DNA of 63,428 nt, filler included. It is 9 parts of 9 records of this genome, joined end to end, with 100 filler letters (N's around TTAATTAATTAA, not from the genome) between each part and the next. Parts side by side here need not be neighbours in the genome. Positions count along the whole stretch, not along the records: positions 33,164 to 40,396 come from DRR378314_2746; positions 40,497 to 48,153 come from DRR378314_2747; 7 more parts are not named here. One strand, given 5' to 3'. The translations under genes were made by a program, and so were the position numbers. The notes below the pieces were generated by a model. That model searched no databases, was not told the DNA's origin, and saw nothing but the letters and a program-made list of their open reading frames with translations. Positions 35,531 to 43,426 of the stretch are shown one piece after another; within the stretch, counting starts at the first letter, position 1; each line of letters opens with the position of its first letter.

Positions 35531-36784
35531 ATGATATTTTGGATTTTGACCGGGCTGGTGACACTGACGATGGCAGGCATGCTGGCGCTGGTGTTGCTGC
35601 GCAACAAGAACGGATCGGGGGAACCCGCCGCTGCTTATGATCTGCGCGTCTATCGCCAGCAGCTGAAGGATCTGGATCGCGATGTCGCCAGAGGCGTCGT
35701 CGGCGCCGAGGACGCGGATCGTCTGCGCACGGAAATCTCGCGCCGCATTCTGGCGGCAGATGCACAGGTTCAGGCCGCAGAGACCGGTCAGGACCAACCC
35801 AATGGCCCCAGCCGCGTCGCCGCCGTCCTGATGGTGGCGGTGATCGCGTTTGGCACCGCTGGCCTCTATTGGTGGTACGGTGCGCCCGGCTATGGCGATT
35901 ACGGCCTTGACCGTCGCATGGCGCTCGCCGAACAGCGCGCCCAAACACGCCCCAGCCAGTCCGAAGCAGAGGCCCGCCAGCCTGAGCCCCCAGCGGCCGA
36001 GATTGATCCGAACTATCGTCAGCTGGTTGTCGAATTGCGCAAAGCCACCGCGGATCGCCCCGATGATGCCCGCGGTCAGGCCCTTCTGGCGCAGCACGAG
36101 GCCCGCCTTGGGAACTTCACCGCCGCCTATGAGGCAAAGGCGCGCTATAACGCGCTGCAATCCGACGCCCCCACCCCACAGGATCTGGTCGATCAGGCTG
36201 AGCTGCAGGTCATGGCCGCCGGTGGCTATGTCTCGCCCGAGACCGAAGAGCTGTTGTTGCAGGCTCTGTCCGAGGCCCCGGAGGACGGGCGCGCGCGCTA
36301 TTACTTCGGTCTTATGATGGGGCAGAACGGACGTCCGGATCGCGGCTATCAGATCTGGGCCGAGACTCTGAAACAAGGCCCCGCAGGCGCGCCGTGGATC
36401 CGCGCGATCCAAGCTCAGATCCCGGAGATGGCAGCGCTTGCCGGGGTCGACTACAGTCCGATCCCTCCCGGTGAGGCCACGGGTCCCGGCGACACCCCAG
36501 CCCTGCCCGGCCCGAGTGCCGAACAGATGGCTGCCATGCAGGATATGACCGCCGAAGAGCGCCAGCAGATGATCGAAGGCATGGTCTCCGGCCTTGCAGC
36601 CCGTCTGGCCAGCGACGGCGGCAGCCCTCCGGAGTGGGCCAGGTTGATCACCGCCCTCGGGGTACTGGGTCGGTTGGAGCAGGCGCGTGAGATCTACGCC
36701 GAAGCAGAACAGCAATTTGCGGAAAATGATCCCGCTCTGGAGATCCTGAAATCCGCGATGGATCAGGTCGAGGCAAACCAATGA
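35531..36784 (+). CDS. ccmI: Cytochrome c biogenesis protein CcmI/CycH
   Basis: TM, VYRQQL.D..RD..RG, EISRRIL, TM-LY...GAP, TPR-like region, MI.GMV.GLA.RL. Confidence 0.9.
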   Translation: MIFWILTGLVTLTMAGMLALVLLRNKNGSGEPAAAYDLRVYRQQLKDLDRDVARGVVGAEDADRLRTEISRRILAADAQVQAAETGQDQPNGPSRVAAVLMVAVIAFGTAGLYWWYGAPGYGDYGLDRRMALAEQRAQTRPSQSEAEARQPEPPAAEIDPNYRQLVVELRKATADRPDDARGQALLAQHEARLGNFTAAYEAKARYNALQSDAPTPQDLVDQAELQVMAAGGYVSPETEELLLQALSEAPEDGRARYYFGLMMGQNGRPDRGYQIWAETLKQGPAGAPWIRAIQAQIPEMAALAGVDYSPIPPGEATGPGDTPALPGPSAEQMAAMQDMTAEERQQMIEGMVSGLAARLASDGGSPPEWARLITALGVLGRLEQAREIYAEAEQQFAENDPALEILKSAMDQVEANQ

Positions 36785-37254
36785 TCCATGATGATTTTGC
36801 AGAGTTCGCCGCCGCCCTGCCGCCCCTGTCGGCGCTCGTGGGGCTGGATTTCGGCGAAAAAACCATCGGGGTTGCCGTCTCCGACCGGATTGGTGCGGTG
36901 GCGACGCCGCTGGAGACCATCCGGCGCAAGAAGTTCACCCTCGACAGCAACCGCCTGCTGGAGATCATCGCCGGGCGCGAGATCGGCGCCATCGTGCTGG
37001 GGCTGCCGCGCAACATGGATGGCTCCGAAGGGCCGCGCTGCCAGTCCACCCGCGCCTTTGCCCGCAACCTGTCACGGGTGACAGAGCTGCCGATCAGCTT
37101 CTGGGACGAGCGCCTGTCCACAGTGGCCGCCGAACGGGCGCTGCTGGAGGCGGATACGTCGCGCAAACGTCGCGCAGAGGTGATCGACCATGTGGCGGCC
37201 TCGTATATCCTGCAGGGAGCCCTGGACCGGCTGAGCCACATGAGAAACGGGTGA
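36781..37254 (+). CDS. ruvX: YqgF/RuvX pre-16S rRNA nuclease
   Basis: GLDFGEKTIGVA.SD, GLP.NMDG, DERLST, D..AA.YIL. Confidence 0.93.
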   Translation: MIHDDFAEFAAALPPLSALVGLDFGEKTIGVAVSDRIGAVATPLETIRRKKFTLDSNRLLEIIAGREIGAIVLGLPRNMDGSEGPRCQSTRAFARNLSRVTELPISFWDERLSTVAAERALLEADTSRKRRAEVIDHVAASYILQGALDRLSHMRNG

Positions 37255-37257
37255 CGC

Positions 37258-37491
37258 ATGAATGACGACGTCTGGCAACGTGACGAGATCGAGAGCCCCT
37301 GCATCAAGCTGTGTGTGGTCCACCCGGACACGCGGCTATGCACCGGCTGCGCGCGCTCCATCGACGAAATCACCCGCTGGTCAAAGCTGAGCCATGACGA
37401 ACGCGCCGAGATCATCGCCGAGCTGCCCTCCCGATCTGCCGTCCCAAAGGGTCGCCGTGGCGGTCGGGCCGCGCGGATGAAGCGCGACTGA
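37258..37491 (+). CDS. DUF1289 Cys-rich protein
   Basis: SPCIKLC...LCTGCARSIDEI..W. Confidence 0.85.
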   Translation: MNDDVWQRDEIESPCIKLCVVHPDTRLCTGCARSIDEITRWSKLSHDERAEIIAELPSRSAVPKGRRGGRAARMKRD

Positions 37492-37682
37492 CACAGGCTG
37501 GCGCAACATCCGGCTTTTGACCGAATTCCTGCGTCACGAAACGGGCAGTTCGGTCCGGGGTCGCGCCGTTGCTCAGCCTGCGAACGCCCTGCTAACACCT
37601 TGAAAATCATGCGGAACATGTATTGACCCATTGTTGCGCGCGCGACACAATGGATCAACGGGGCTGACCTATCTGGCGAACG

Positions 37683-38486
37683 TCACGGATCTGTCAGCCA
37701 GCGGGTCTGCCAATCCGCCAGTTCCGGGCGGAAATAGGCGATCATGCGCCCCTCGCCCGCCGGCGCAGTCGCGTCGTCCCCCCAGGGCGCAACCCCGTGC
37801 AAACACAAACGGTGCATCAAATACGCCTCACCGGGCTGCGCATGCACAGTGACGCGTGGGCAAGTCTCGAAGACCTCACGCCTTGCGGCGGTATAGCTGT
37901 CGGTGACATCCACCGCGTGCCAGTCTTCGGGCGCAACGCCCGCAAAGGCGGCGGCAAAGGCCGCGCGCATGATCTCGTGGCTGCCCTCCCAGACCACCAA
38001 GGGTGCGGCGTCGGGACTGGTCGCGTTCAGTGGCAGCCCCAGCACCCAGGCGTGCGGCTCCTCGACCCGGCGGCGGCGGGCCTCGCCGAACATCTTGACC
38101 CCATCCACATGCGCCGCATCCCGGTTGCGACGATAGCCAAAGGCCGCCGTGCTCTCGCCCTGTCGTGGTCGCGGATAGCCGGGGTAGATCACCGAAAGCT
38201 GCGCACGGTGCAGCGCGCCCAGCGGGCTGATCTGGCGGGTGATGAAGTCGATGGCGGGACCTTGCAGGGGTGGCCCGTTCTCCAGCCGTCCGGCGGGATC
38301 ACTGGGCAGCGCATCAACGCCGATGAACCAGGTGCCCTCGCAATCAAGCCAGGCGGCATGCGCCGGGTCAGCCACCGCCACCTGCGCCAGCAGGCGGGCG
38401 TGCTGCGCCCAGGCCATCGTGCCCGCGTCCGCCGGGAACCGCAGCCAGCCCTTTGCCCTGTAGTGATCGCGCCCCATGGGGTTCAC
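37683..38486 (-). CDS. Hypothetical protein, possible Fe(II)/2OG dioxygenase (PhyH-like) fold
   Basis: HVD, LVVWEGSH, PGEAYLMH..CLHG suggest an HxD...H triad; overlaps the dusA stop. Confidence 0.55.
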   Translation of the reverse strand: MNPMGRDHYRAKGWLRFPADAGTMAWAQHARLLAQVAVADPAHAAWLDCEGTWFIGVDALPSDPAGRLENGPPLQGPAIDFITRQISPLGALHRAQLSVIYPGYPRPRQGESTAAFGYRRNRDAAHVDGVKMFGEARRRRVEEPHAWVLGLPLNATSPDAAPLVVWEGSHEIMRAAFAAAFAGVAPEDWHAVDVTDSYTAARREVFETCPRVTVHAQPGEAYLMHRLCLHGVAPWGDDATAPAGEGRMIAYFRPELADWQTRWLTDP

Positions 38487-39493
38487 GCAGCCCGCGCCAC
38501 AACAAGGCCCAAAGCCTGTTCAACAAGTTCCGGCCCCGCGCCTTTCTGACTGACCCCTTCTGAGAGGTGGCGCCGCCATTGCCGCGCGCCTGGACGGCCC
38601 GCAAACAGGCCCAGCATGTGCCGGGTCACCTGATGCAAGCGGGCGCCGTTCTGCATCTCGCGCTCGATATAGGGCAGCATCTGCTGCACCACCTCCACCG
38701 GATCGCTGGCCTCTCCACTGCCGAAGATCCTCGGATCGGCGGCACAGAGCACATCCGCAGGTTGGTGATAGGCCGCCCGCCCGATCATCACCCCGTCCAG
38801 CCCGCGCGCCAGATGCGCCTCGGCCTCCGCCAGCGTCGCAATGCCACCGTTGATGGAGATATGCATGTCCGGAAACGCCGCCTTCATCCGATGCACCAGC
38901 TCATAATCCAGCGGCGGGACGTCACGGTTTTCCTTGGGCGAGAGCCCCTGCAGCCAGGCCTTGCGGGCGTGGATGGTGACTCGGGACACACCTGCAGCGC
39001 GGATCTGCTCCAGAAACCCCGGCAGGATCTCTTCCGGCGTCTGATCGTCCACACCGATGCGGCATTTCACCGTCACCTCGACATCCACGGCCTCGGCCAT
39101 CGCGGCCATGCAATCAGCCACCAGTTCCGGCGACTGCATCAGCACCGCGCCAAAGGCACCGGATTGCACCCGGTCGCTGGGGCAGCCGCAGTTGAGGTTG
39201 ATCTCATCATAGCCCGCCGCGGCCCCCAGACGCGCCGCCTCGGCCAGCTCTGTCGGATCGGACCCGCCCAGCTGCAGCGCCACCGGATGTTCGCTGGGAT
39301 CATGGTCCAACAGATGCAAGGCCCCGCCGCGCACCAAGGCCGGCGCGGTCACCATCTCGGTATAGAGCAGCGTCTCCTTCGACATCAGCCGATGCAGATA
39401 ACGGCATTCTCGCGTGGTCCAATCCATCATAGGCGCCACCGACAACCGCGCAGGCCGCCAAAGCCCTGATTTTCCTGCGATCTCCTTGCTCAT
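38483..39493 (-). CDS. dusA: tRNA dihydrouridine(20/20a) synthase DusA
   Basis: SVAPMMDWT, LYTEM, NLNCGCPSDRVQSG.FGA, HARKAWL.GLSPKENR. Confidence 0.96.
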   Translation of the reverse strand: MSKEIAGKSGLWRPARLSVAPMMDWTTRECRYLHRLMSKETLLYTEMVTAPALVRGGALHLLDHDPSEHPVALQLGGSDPTELAEAARLGAAAGYDEINLNCGCPSDRVQSGAFGAVLMQSPELVADCMAAMAEAVDVEVTVKCRIGVDDQTPEEILPGFLEQIRAAGVSRVTIHARKAWLQGLSPKENRDVPPLDYELVHRMKAAFPDMHISINGGIATLAEAEAHLARGLDGVMIGRAAYHQPADVLCAADPRIFGSGEASDPVEVVQQMLPYIEREMQNGARLHQVTRHMLGLFAGRPGARQWRRHLSEGVSQKGAGPELVEQALGLVVARAA

Positions 39494-39613
39494 CGTAAGA
39501 TTTCCCTGACCGTCAAACTAGCCGATTATTGCATATTTTTGGACGTTCATATTTTTGCACGTTCTGGCATGTTCCCCCAACAATGTTGGGGATTTTTTGG
39601 GGAATGTTGGGGC

Positions 39614-39819
39614 ATGCCAGTCGTTGAACGTAAACGAGCCGATGGCTCGATGGCCTATCTGGCACAAATTGACATTATACGAAAGGGAGAGCGCTACCGA
39701 GAGAACCGTACTGTCGACAAGAAGCGACATACCGAGCAATGGATAAAATCCAGATCCAAAGACATCAGAGAGCTTGTCGAGAATGGTCAGGGCCATGAAC
39801 TCAAAATGAAGGGGCGAAG
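39614..39819 (+). pseudogene. Truncated N-terminus of a DusA-associated-type tyrosine integrase
   Basis: MPVVERKRADGSMAYLAQIDIIRKG..YRE.RT.DKK....QW resembles the arm-binding domain of dusA-associated integrases. It is divergent from the dusA 5' end, and no core or catalytic domain follows. Confidence 0.65.
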
Positions 39820-40328
39820 ATGCACCCACCCTGCACCCGGCTCTGCAGATCCGGCCGGCGCTGGATGTCGAGACCGGGCAAGTGGACCCATCCGAAGAAG
39901 CTGCCCAAGGGGCGGTCCTGGGCGGAACTAAAAGCTGAGTTCGAACTCGGCGTGGACATCTTCACGGCCTGCTGGCACGCGCCCATTCCCTGCCGCGCTA
40001 TCGAGAACCCGACAATGAATGACCTCGCCCGCGATCGCATGCCGGCGGATCTGCCTGCGCCCGATATCGTCCAGCCCTTCCAGTTCGGCGATCCCGCCTA
40101 CAAGGCAACCGGCTGGTATCTCGATGGGCTTTCACCGCTGCGGGAAACGAACCGCCTGCCAGAGCCGGAACGACTGTCCCCCGAATGGAAGTGCTGGAAC
40201 CATGTGCATCGCATGCCACTAGCCAGGAGCGCGCCCGCCTCCGCAGTCGATCAGTCGAAGGCATGATGAACGCCGCCGCCCGCCAATGGGGTGATGAAGC
40301 GGACAGGCACTGCGCCCTCGCCGCCTAA
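39820..40328 (+). pseudogene. 5'-truncated, frameshifted phage-type DNA cytosine methyltransferase-like gene
   Basis: HPPCT, AIENP, QPFQFG...KATG. After HRMP (~40220) the family-like tail ERARLRSRS.EGM..A.A.QWG continues in another frame to TAA 40328. Confidence 0.65.
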
Positions 40329-40396
40329 CATCCCGCCCCCAAACGAAACACACCCTCGCGACATCGGAGACGAGCAGGTCGCTGTTCAGCTATGTC

Positions 40397-40496
40397 NNNN
40401 NNNNNNNNNNNNNNNNNNNNNNNNNNNNNNNNNNNNNNNNTTAATTAATTAANNNNNNNNNNNNNNNNNNNNNNNNNNNNNNNNNNNNNNNNNNNN
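40397..40496. other. Artificial contig linker
   Basis: 44 N + TTAATTAATTAA + 44 N. Confidence 0.99.
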
Positions 40497-40685
40497 AAAT
40501 GGTTCAACACCACCAAAGGCTTCGGCTTTATCGCACCTGAAGAAGGTGGCAAAGACGTCTTCGTACACATCTCTGCTGTCGAGCGTTCGGGCCTCACCGG
40601 TCTGGCCGACAACCAGAAGGTCACGTACGAGCTACGCGCTGGTCGTGACGGCCGCGAGAGCGCCGACGACATCCAGCTGGCCTAA
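40497..40685 (+). CDS. cspA: Cold-shock protein, 5'-partial
   Basis: KWFNTTKGFGFI (RNP1), DVFVHISA (RNP2); not shown in the ORF track because the start is missing. Confidence 0.95.
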   Translation, partial: KWFNTTKGFGFIAPEEGGKDVFVHISAVERSGLTGLADNQKVTYELRAGRDGRESADDIQLA

Positions 40686-40695
40686 GCTGTTCAAA

Positions 40696-40717
40696 GGGCG
40701 GAGGTTTTTCTCCGCCC
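40696..40717 (+). terminator. Hairpin downstream of csp
   Basis: GGGCGGAG-GTTTTT-CTCCGCCC. Confidence 0.55.
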
Positions 40718-40865
40718 CACCCTTATACTGCTAGACGCTTCATCGTTGACGGTGTGGCATAGGGAATACATCACAATCGGGTTATCTCTCCCCGGTGATT
40801 GACCAAATAGGCTATCATTTCGAAACTAGCGTAATGATTTCTTTGGTCATTTGAGGGAAACCACT

Positions 40866-41420
40866 ATGTTCACACGCCGCATATTTCTGGCCGGCACTGC
40901 TGCCAGCCTGCTGCCGGGCGTCGCCAGCGCTAAGAAAGCGGTCGAGTATGATCCCACGCCGCAATTCGTACGGGTCAAAAAGCAATTCCAACCGGGTCAA
41001 TTGCTGGTCGTCCCCCGCTCATTCTATCTCTATTATATCACAGAACCCCGCAAAGCTGTTCGCTACGGGTGCGGGGTCGGTAAAGCAGGGCTGGAGTTTA
41101 CTGGCACGGCTACGGTCGACGTCAAGAAGGAATGGCCAACTTGGCGACCAACCGATGAGATGATCGAGCGCGATCCAGTCGCTTATGGCCGGTTCAAGGA
41201 TAACGATTATGTCCAACCCGGCGGGAGCGATAACCCATTGGGCGCGCGCGCGTTGTATTTGTTCCAGAACGGGGTCGACACCTATTTCCGAATCCATGGC
41301 ACAACACAGCCACAGACCATTGGTCGTGCGGCCTCAAACGGTTGTATCCGGATGCTGAATGAGCATGTGATTGATCTTTACAATAGGGTGCCAATCGGAA
41401 CGGTAGTGACAGTTGTCTAA
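40866..41420 (+). CDS. L,D-transpeptidase (YkuD family) with Tat signal
   Basis: TRRIFL signal, NPLGARALYL, RIHGT...ASNGCIRM. Confidence 0.93.
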   Translation: MFTRRIFLAGTAASLLPGVASAKKAVEYDPTPQFVRVKKQFQPGQLLVVPRSFYLYYITEPRKAVRYGCGVGKAGLEFTGTATVDVKKEWPTWRPTDEMIERDPVAYGRFKDNDYVQPGGSDNPLGARALYLFQNGVDTYFRIHGTTQPQTIGRAASNGCIRMLNEHVIDLYNRVPIGTVVTVV

Positions 41421-42031
41421 GCCGCCGACCAATCCACATCATCTGCTTCTTCAATCCTGAGCCGACCTTCGGGCCAAGGGCGCGTCAGGCCCTGTGCCTC
41501 ATCCTCGGGCCCATGCAACCAGCATTGCACATCCTTCGCCTCCAGCAGCACGCCCATGCGATGATGGATCGGCTCTACATCGGCATTTGGCTCGCAGGTC
41601 ACAGCCGCAACCTGATCCACGCGTTGCCCGCCCGGAGCTTCCCAGGTGTCCGTGATCGCAGCAAATAACAGCGGTGCGCCATCCTTGGCGGCGATCCGCC
41701 ATGCCGTTTTGCGCCGTTTCTCTCCGGTCCATTCGTACCAGCCATCAACCGGAATGATTGCGCGCCCGACCCCTTCGAATGCACTTTTGTCAAACACCGT
41801 TTCCGAGCGGGCGTTGATGATGGTCTCCATCACCGGACGTCCGCGCGCATTGACCCTGCCAACCGGGATCATCCCCCATCGCATCGTCGTCAACCCCTCA
41901 CCGTTCAGTACGATCACTTCCTGACCCGGTTGAATGTTTCTGCGCGATGGTTGAGGCCCAAGGCTGTCTTCGACATTCAGGAACTGAGCGATCTCGCCAA
42001 CTGGACGTGTAAGAAAAAACCGGCCCGGCAT
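41417..42031 (-). CDS. SRAP/YedK/HMCES-family protein with N-terminal Pro instead of Cys
   Basis: MPGRF (canonical MCGRF), NIQP, MRWG..P, INARSET, GWYEW, PIHHRM. Confidence 0.9.
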   Translation of the reverse strand: MPGRFFLTRPVGEIAQFLNVEDSLGPQPSRRNIQPGQEVIVLNGEGLTTMRWGMIPVGRVNARGRPVMETIINARSETVFDKSAFEGVGRAIIPVDGWYEWTGEKRRKTAWRIAAKDGAPLLFAAITDTWEAPGGQRVDQVAAVTCEPNADVEPIHHRMGVLLEAKDVQCWLHGPEDEAQGLTRPWPEGRLRIEEADDVDWSAA

Positions 42032-42040
42032 AGCGTCCTC

Positions 42041-42700
42041 CTAATCGGCAACCCGTTCAGCAAGCGCCACAACAGAAGGCCCCAAATGGGCAACGATCAT
42101 CGCAACGCCTTGGGCATTCGGATGGATGCCATCAGATTGCATGAACTGGCGCGCGGCGTCTGGATCACCTTCGGCTGTGAGCCCGTCAAAGAAGCTTTCC
42201 GCATAAAGCGCATCGTGTTGCTGGGCCAGTTCCGGATACATGGCATCGAAACGCTGCTTGTAATCAGCTCCGTAATTACCGGGCGCCTGCATTCCGATTA
42301 TGAGCACCTCGACACCTGCGGTTTCTGCGGCAACCAGTATTGCCTCAAGGTTGGAGCGGGACACACTCGGGTCGATCCCGCGCAACATATCATTGCCCCC
42401 AAGGGCCACAATCATGCCGTCAACCTCAGGTGTCAGTGTCCAATCAACGCGGGCCGCGCCCCCTGCGGTCGTATCTCCGGACACGCCCGCGTTGATCAGT
42501 TGGATATCCACCCCATCATCCTGCAGCCAGCGCTGCAATTGCGGCACAAACCCATCCTGCTCTGGTAACCCGTATCCTTGGGTCAGAGAGTCTCCGAGCG
42601 CAGCAATCACAACAGGCTGGGCCATCGCTGCAAATCCGCAACAGATGAACACACCTGACATCAAAACCTTGCGCAGTTTCTGTTTCACGCCATATCCCAA
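42041..42700 (-). CDS. tesA: GDSL arylesterase/thioesterase (TesA-like)
   Basis: GDSLTQGYG, NAGVSGDTT, GGND, DGIHP. Confidence 0.92.
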   Translation of the reverse strand: MGYGVKQKLRKVLMSGVFICCGFAAMAQPVVIAALGDSLTQGYGLPEQDGFVPQLQRWLQDDGVDIQLINAGVSGDTTAGGAARVDWTLTPEVDGMIVALGGNDMLRGIDPSVSRSNLEAILVAAETAGVEVLIIGMQAPGNYGADYKQRFDAMYPELAQQHDALYAESFFDGLTAEGDPDAARQFMQSDGIHPNAQGVAMIVAHLGPSVVALAERVAD

Positions 42701-42730
42701 TGGACCGTTCCCCTTTTAATGGCCTGATTG

Positions 42731-43426
42731 ATGACGATACCCGTTCTCACCCTCCAAGATGCCGCATTATCGCTGGATGGCAATGCCGGAAGGGTTGATA
42801 TCCTGCACGACATCTCTCTGACCGTGAACCAGGGTGAAACTTTGGGGCTGGTCGGTCCGTCCGGTTCGGGGAAATCCTCACTGCTGATGCTGATGGGCGG
42901 GTTGGAACAGGCCACCGGTGGCCGCGTTACAGCATTGGGCCATGATCTGACGGAAATGGGCGAGGATGCGCTAGCGAGATTCCGACGAGACGCCATGGGT
43001 GTGGTGTTTCAGAACTTCCACCTGATCCCGACGATGACCGCACTTGAGAACGTGGCCACCCCACTGGAACTTGCGGGGCACAAAGATGCTTTCAAGCGTG
43101 CCGAGGCCGAGCTAGAGGCGGTGGGACTGTCTCACCGAAGTGATCACTACCCGGCGCAGTTGTCAGGTGGCGAGCAGCAACGCGTGGCACTGGCGCGCGC
43201 TTCGGCCCCGCGCCCACAGATTTTGCTGGCTGACGAACCCACAGGCAATCTGGATGAAGCCAACGGATCGGCGATCATTGATCTGTTGTTCGGCCTGCGC
43301 GACAGACACGGTGCCACTCTGGTTCTGGTCACACACAGCCATACGCTGGCGCAGAAATGCGACCGTGTTGTCCGCTTGCGGGATGGCCGTATCGCTGAGG
43401 AGTCTCAGCGCGAGGCCGCCGAATGA
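42731..43426 (+). CDS. ABC transporter ATP-binding protein (YbbA-like)
   Basis: GPSGSGKS, LSGGEQQR, ADEPTGNLD; divergent from tesA. Confidence 0.93.
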   Translation: MTIPVLTLQDAALSLDGNAGRVDILHDISLTVNQGETLGLVGPSGSGKSSLLMLMGGLEQATGGRVTALGHDLTEMGEDALARFRRDAMGVVFQNFHLIPTMTALENVATPLELAGHKDAFKRAEAELEAVGLSHRSDHYPAQLSGGEQQRVALARASAPRPQILLADEPTGNLDEANGSAIIDLLFGLRDRHGATLVLVTHSHTLAQKCDRVVRLRDGRIAEESQREAAE

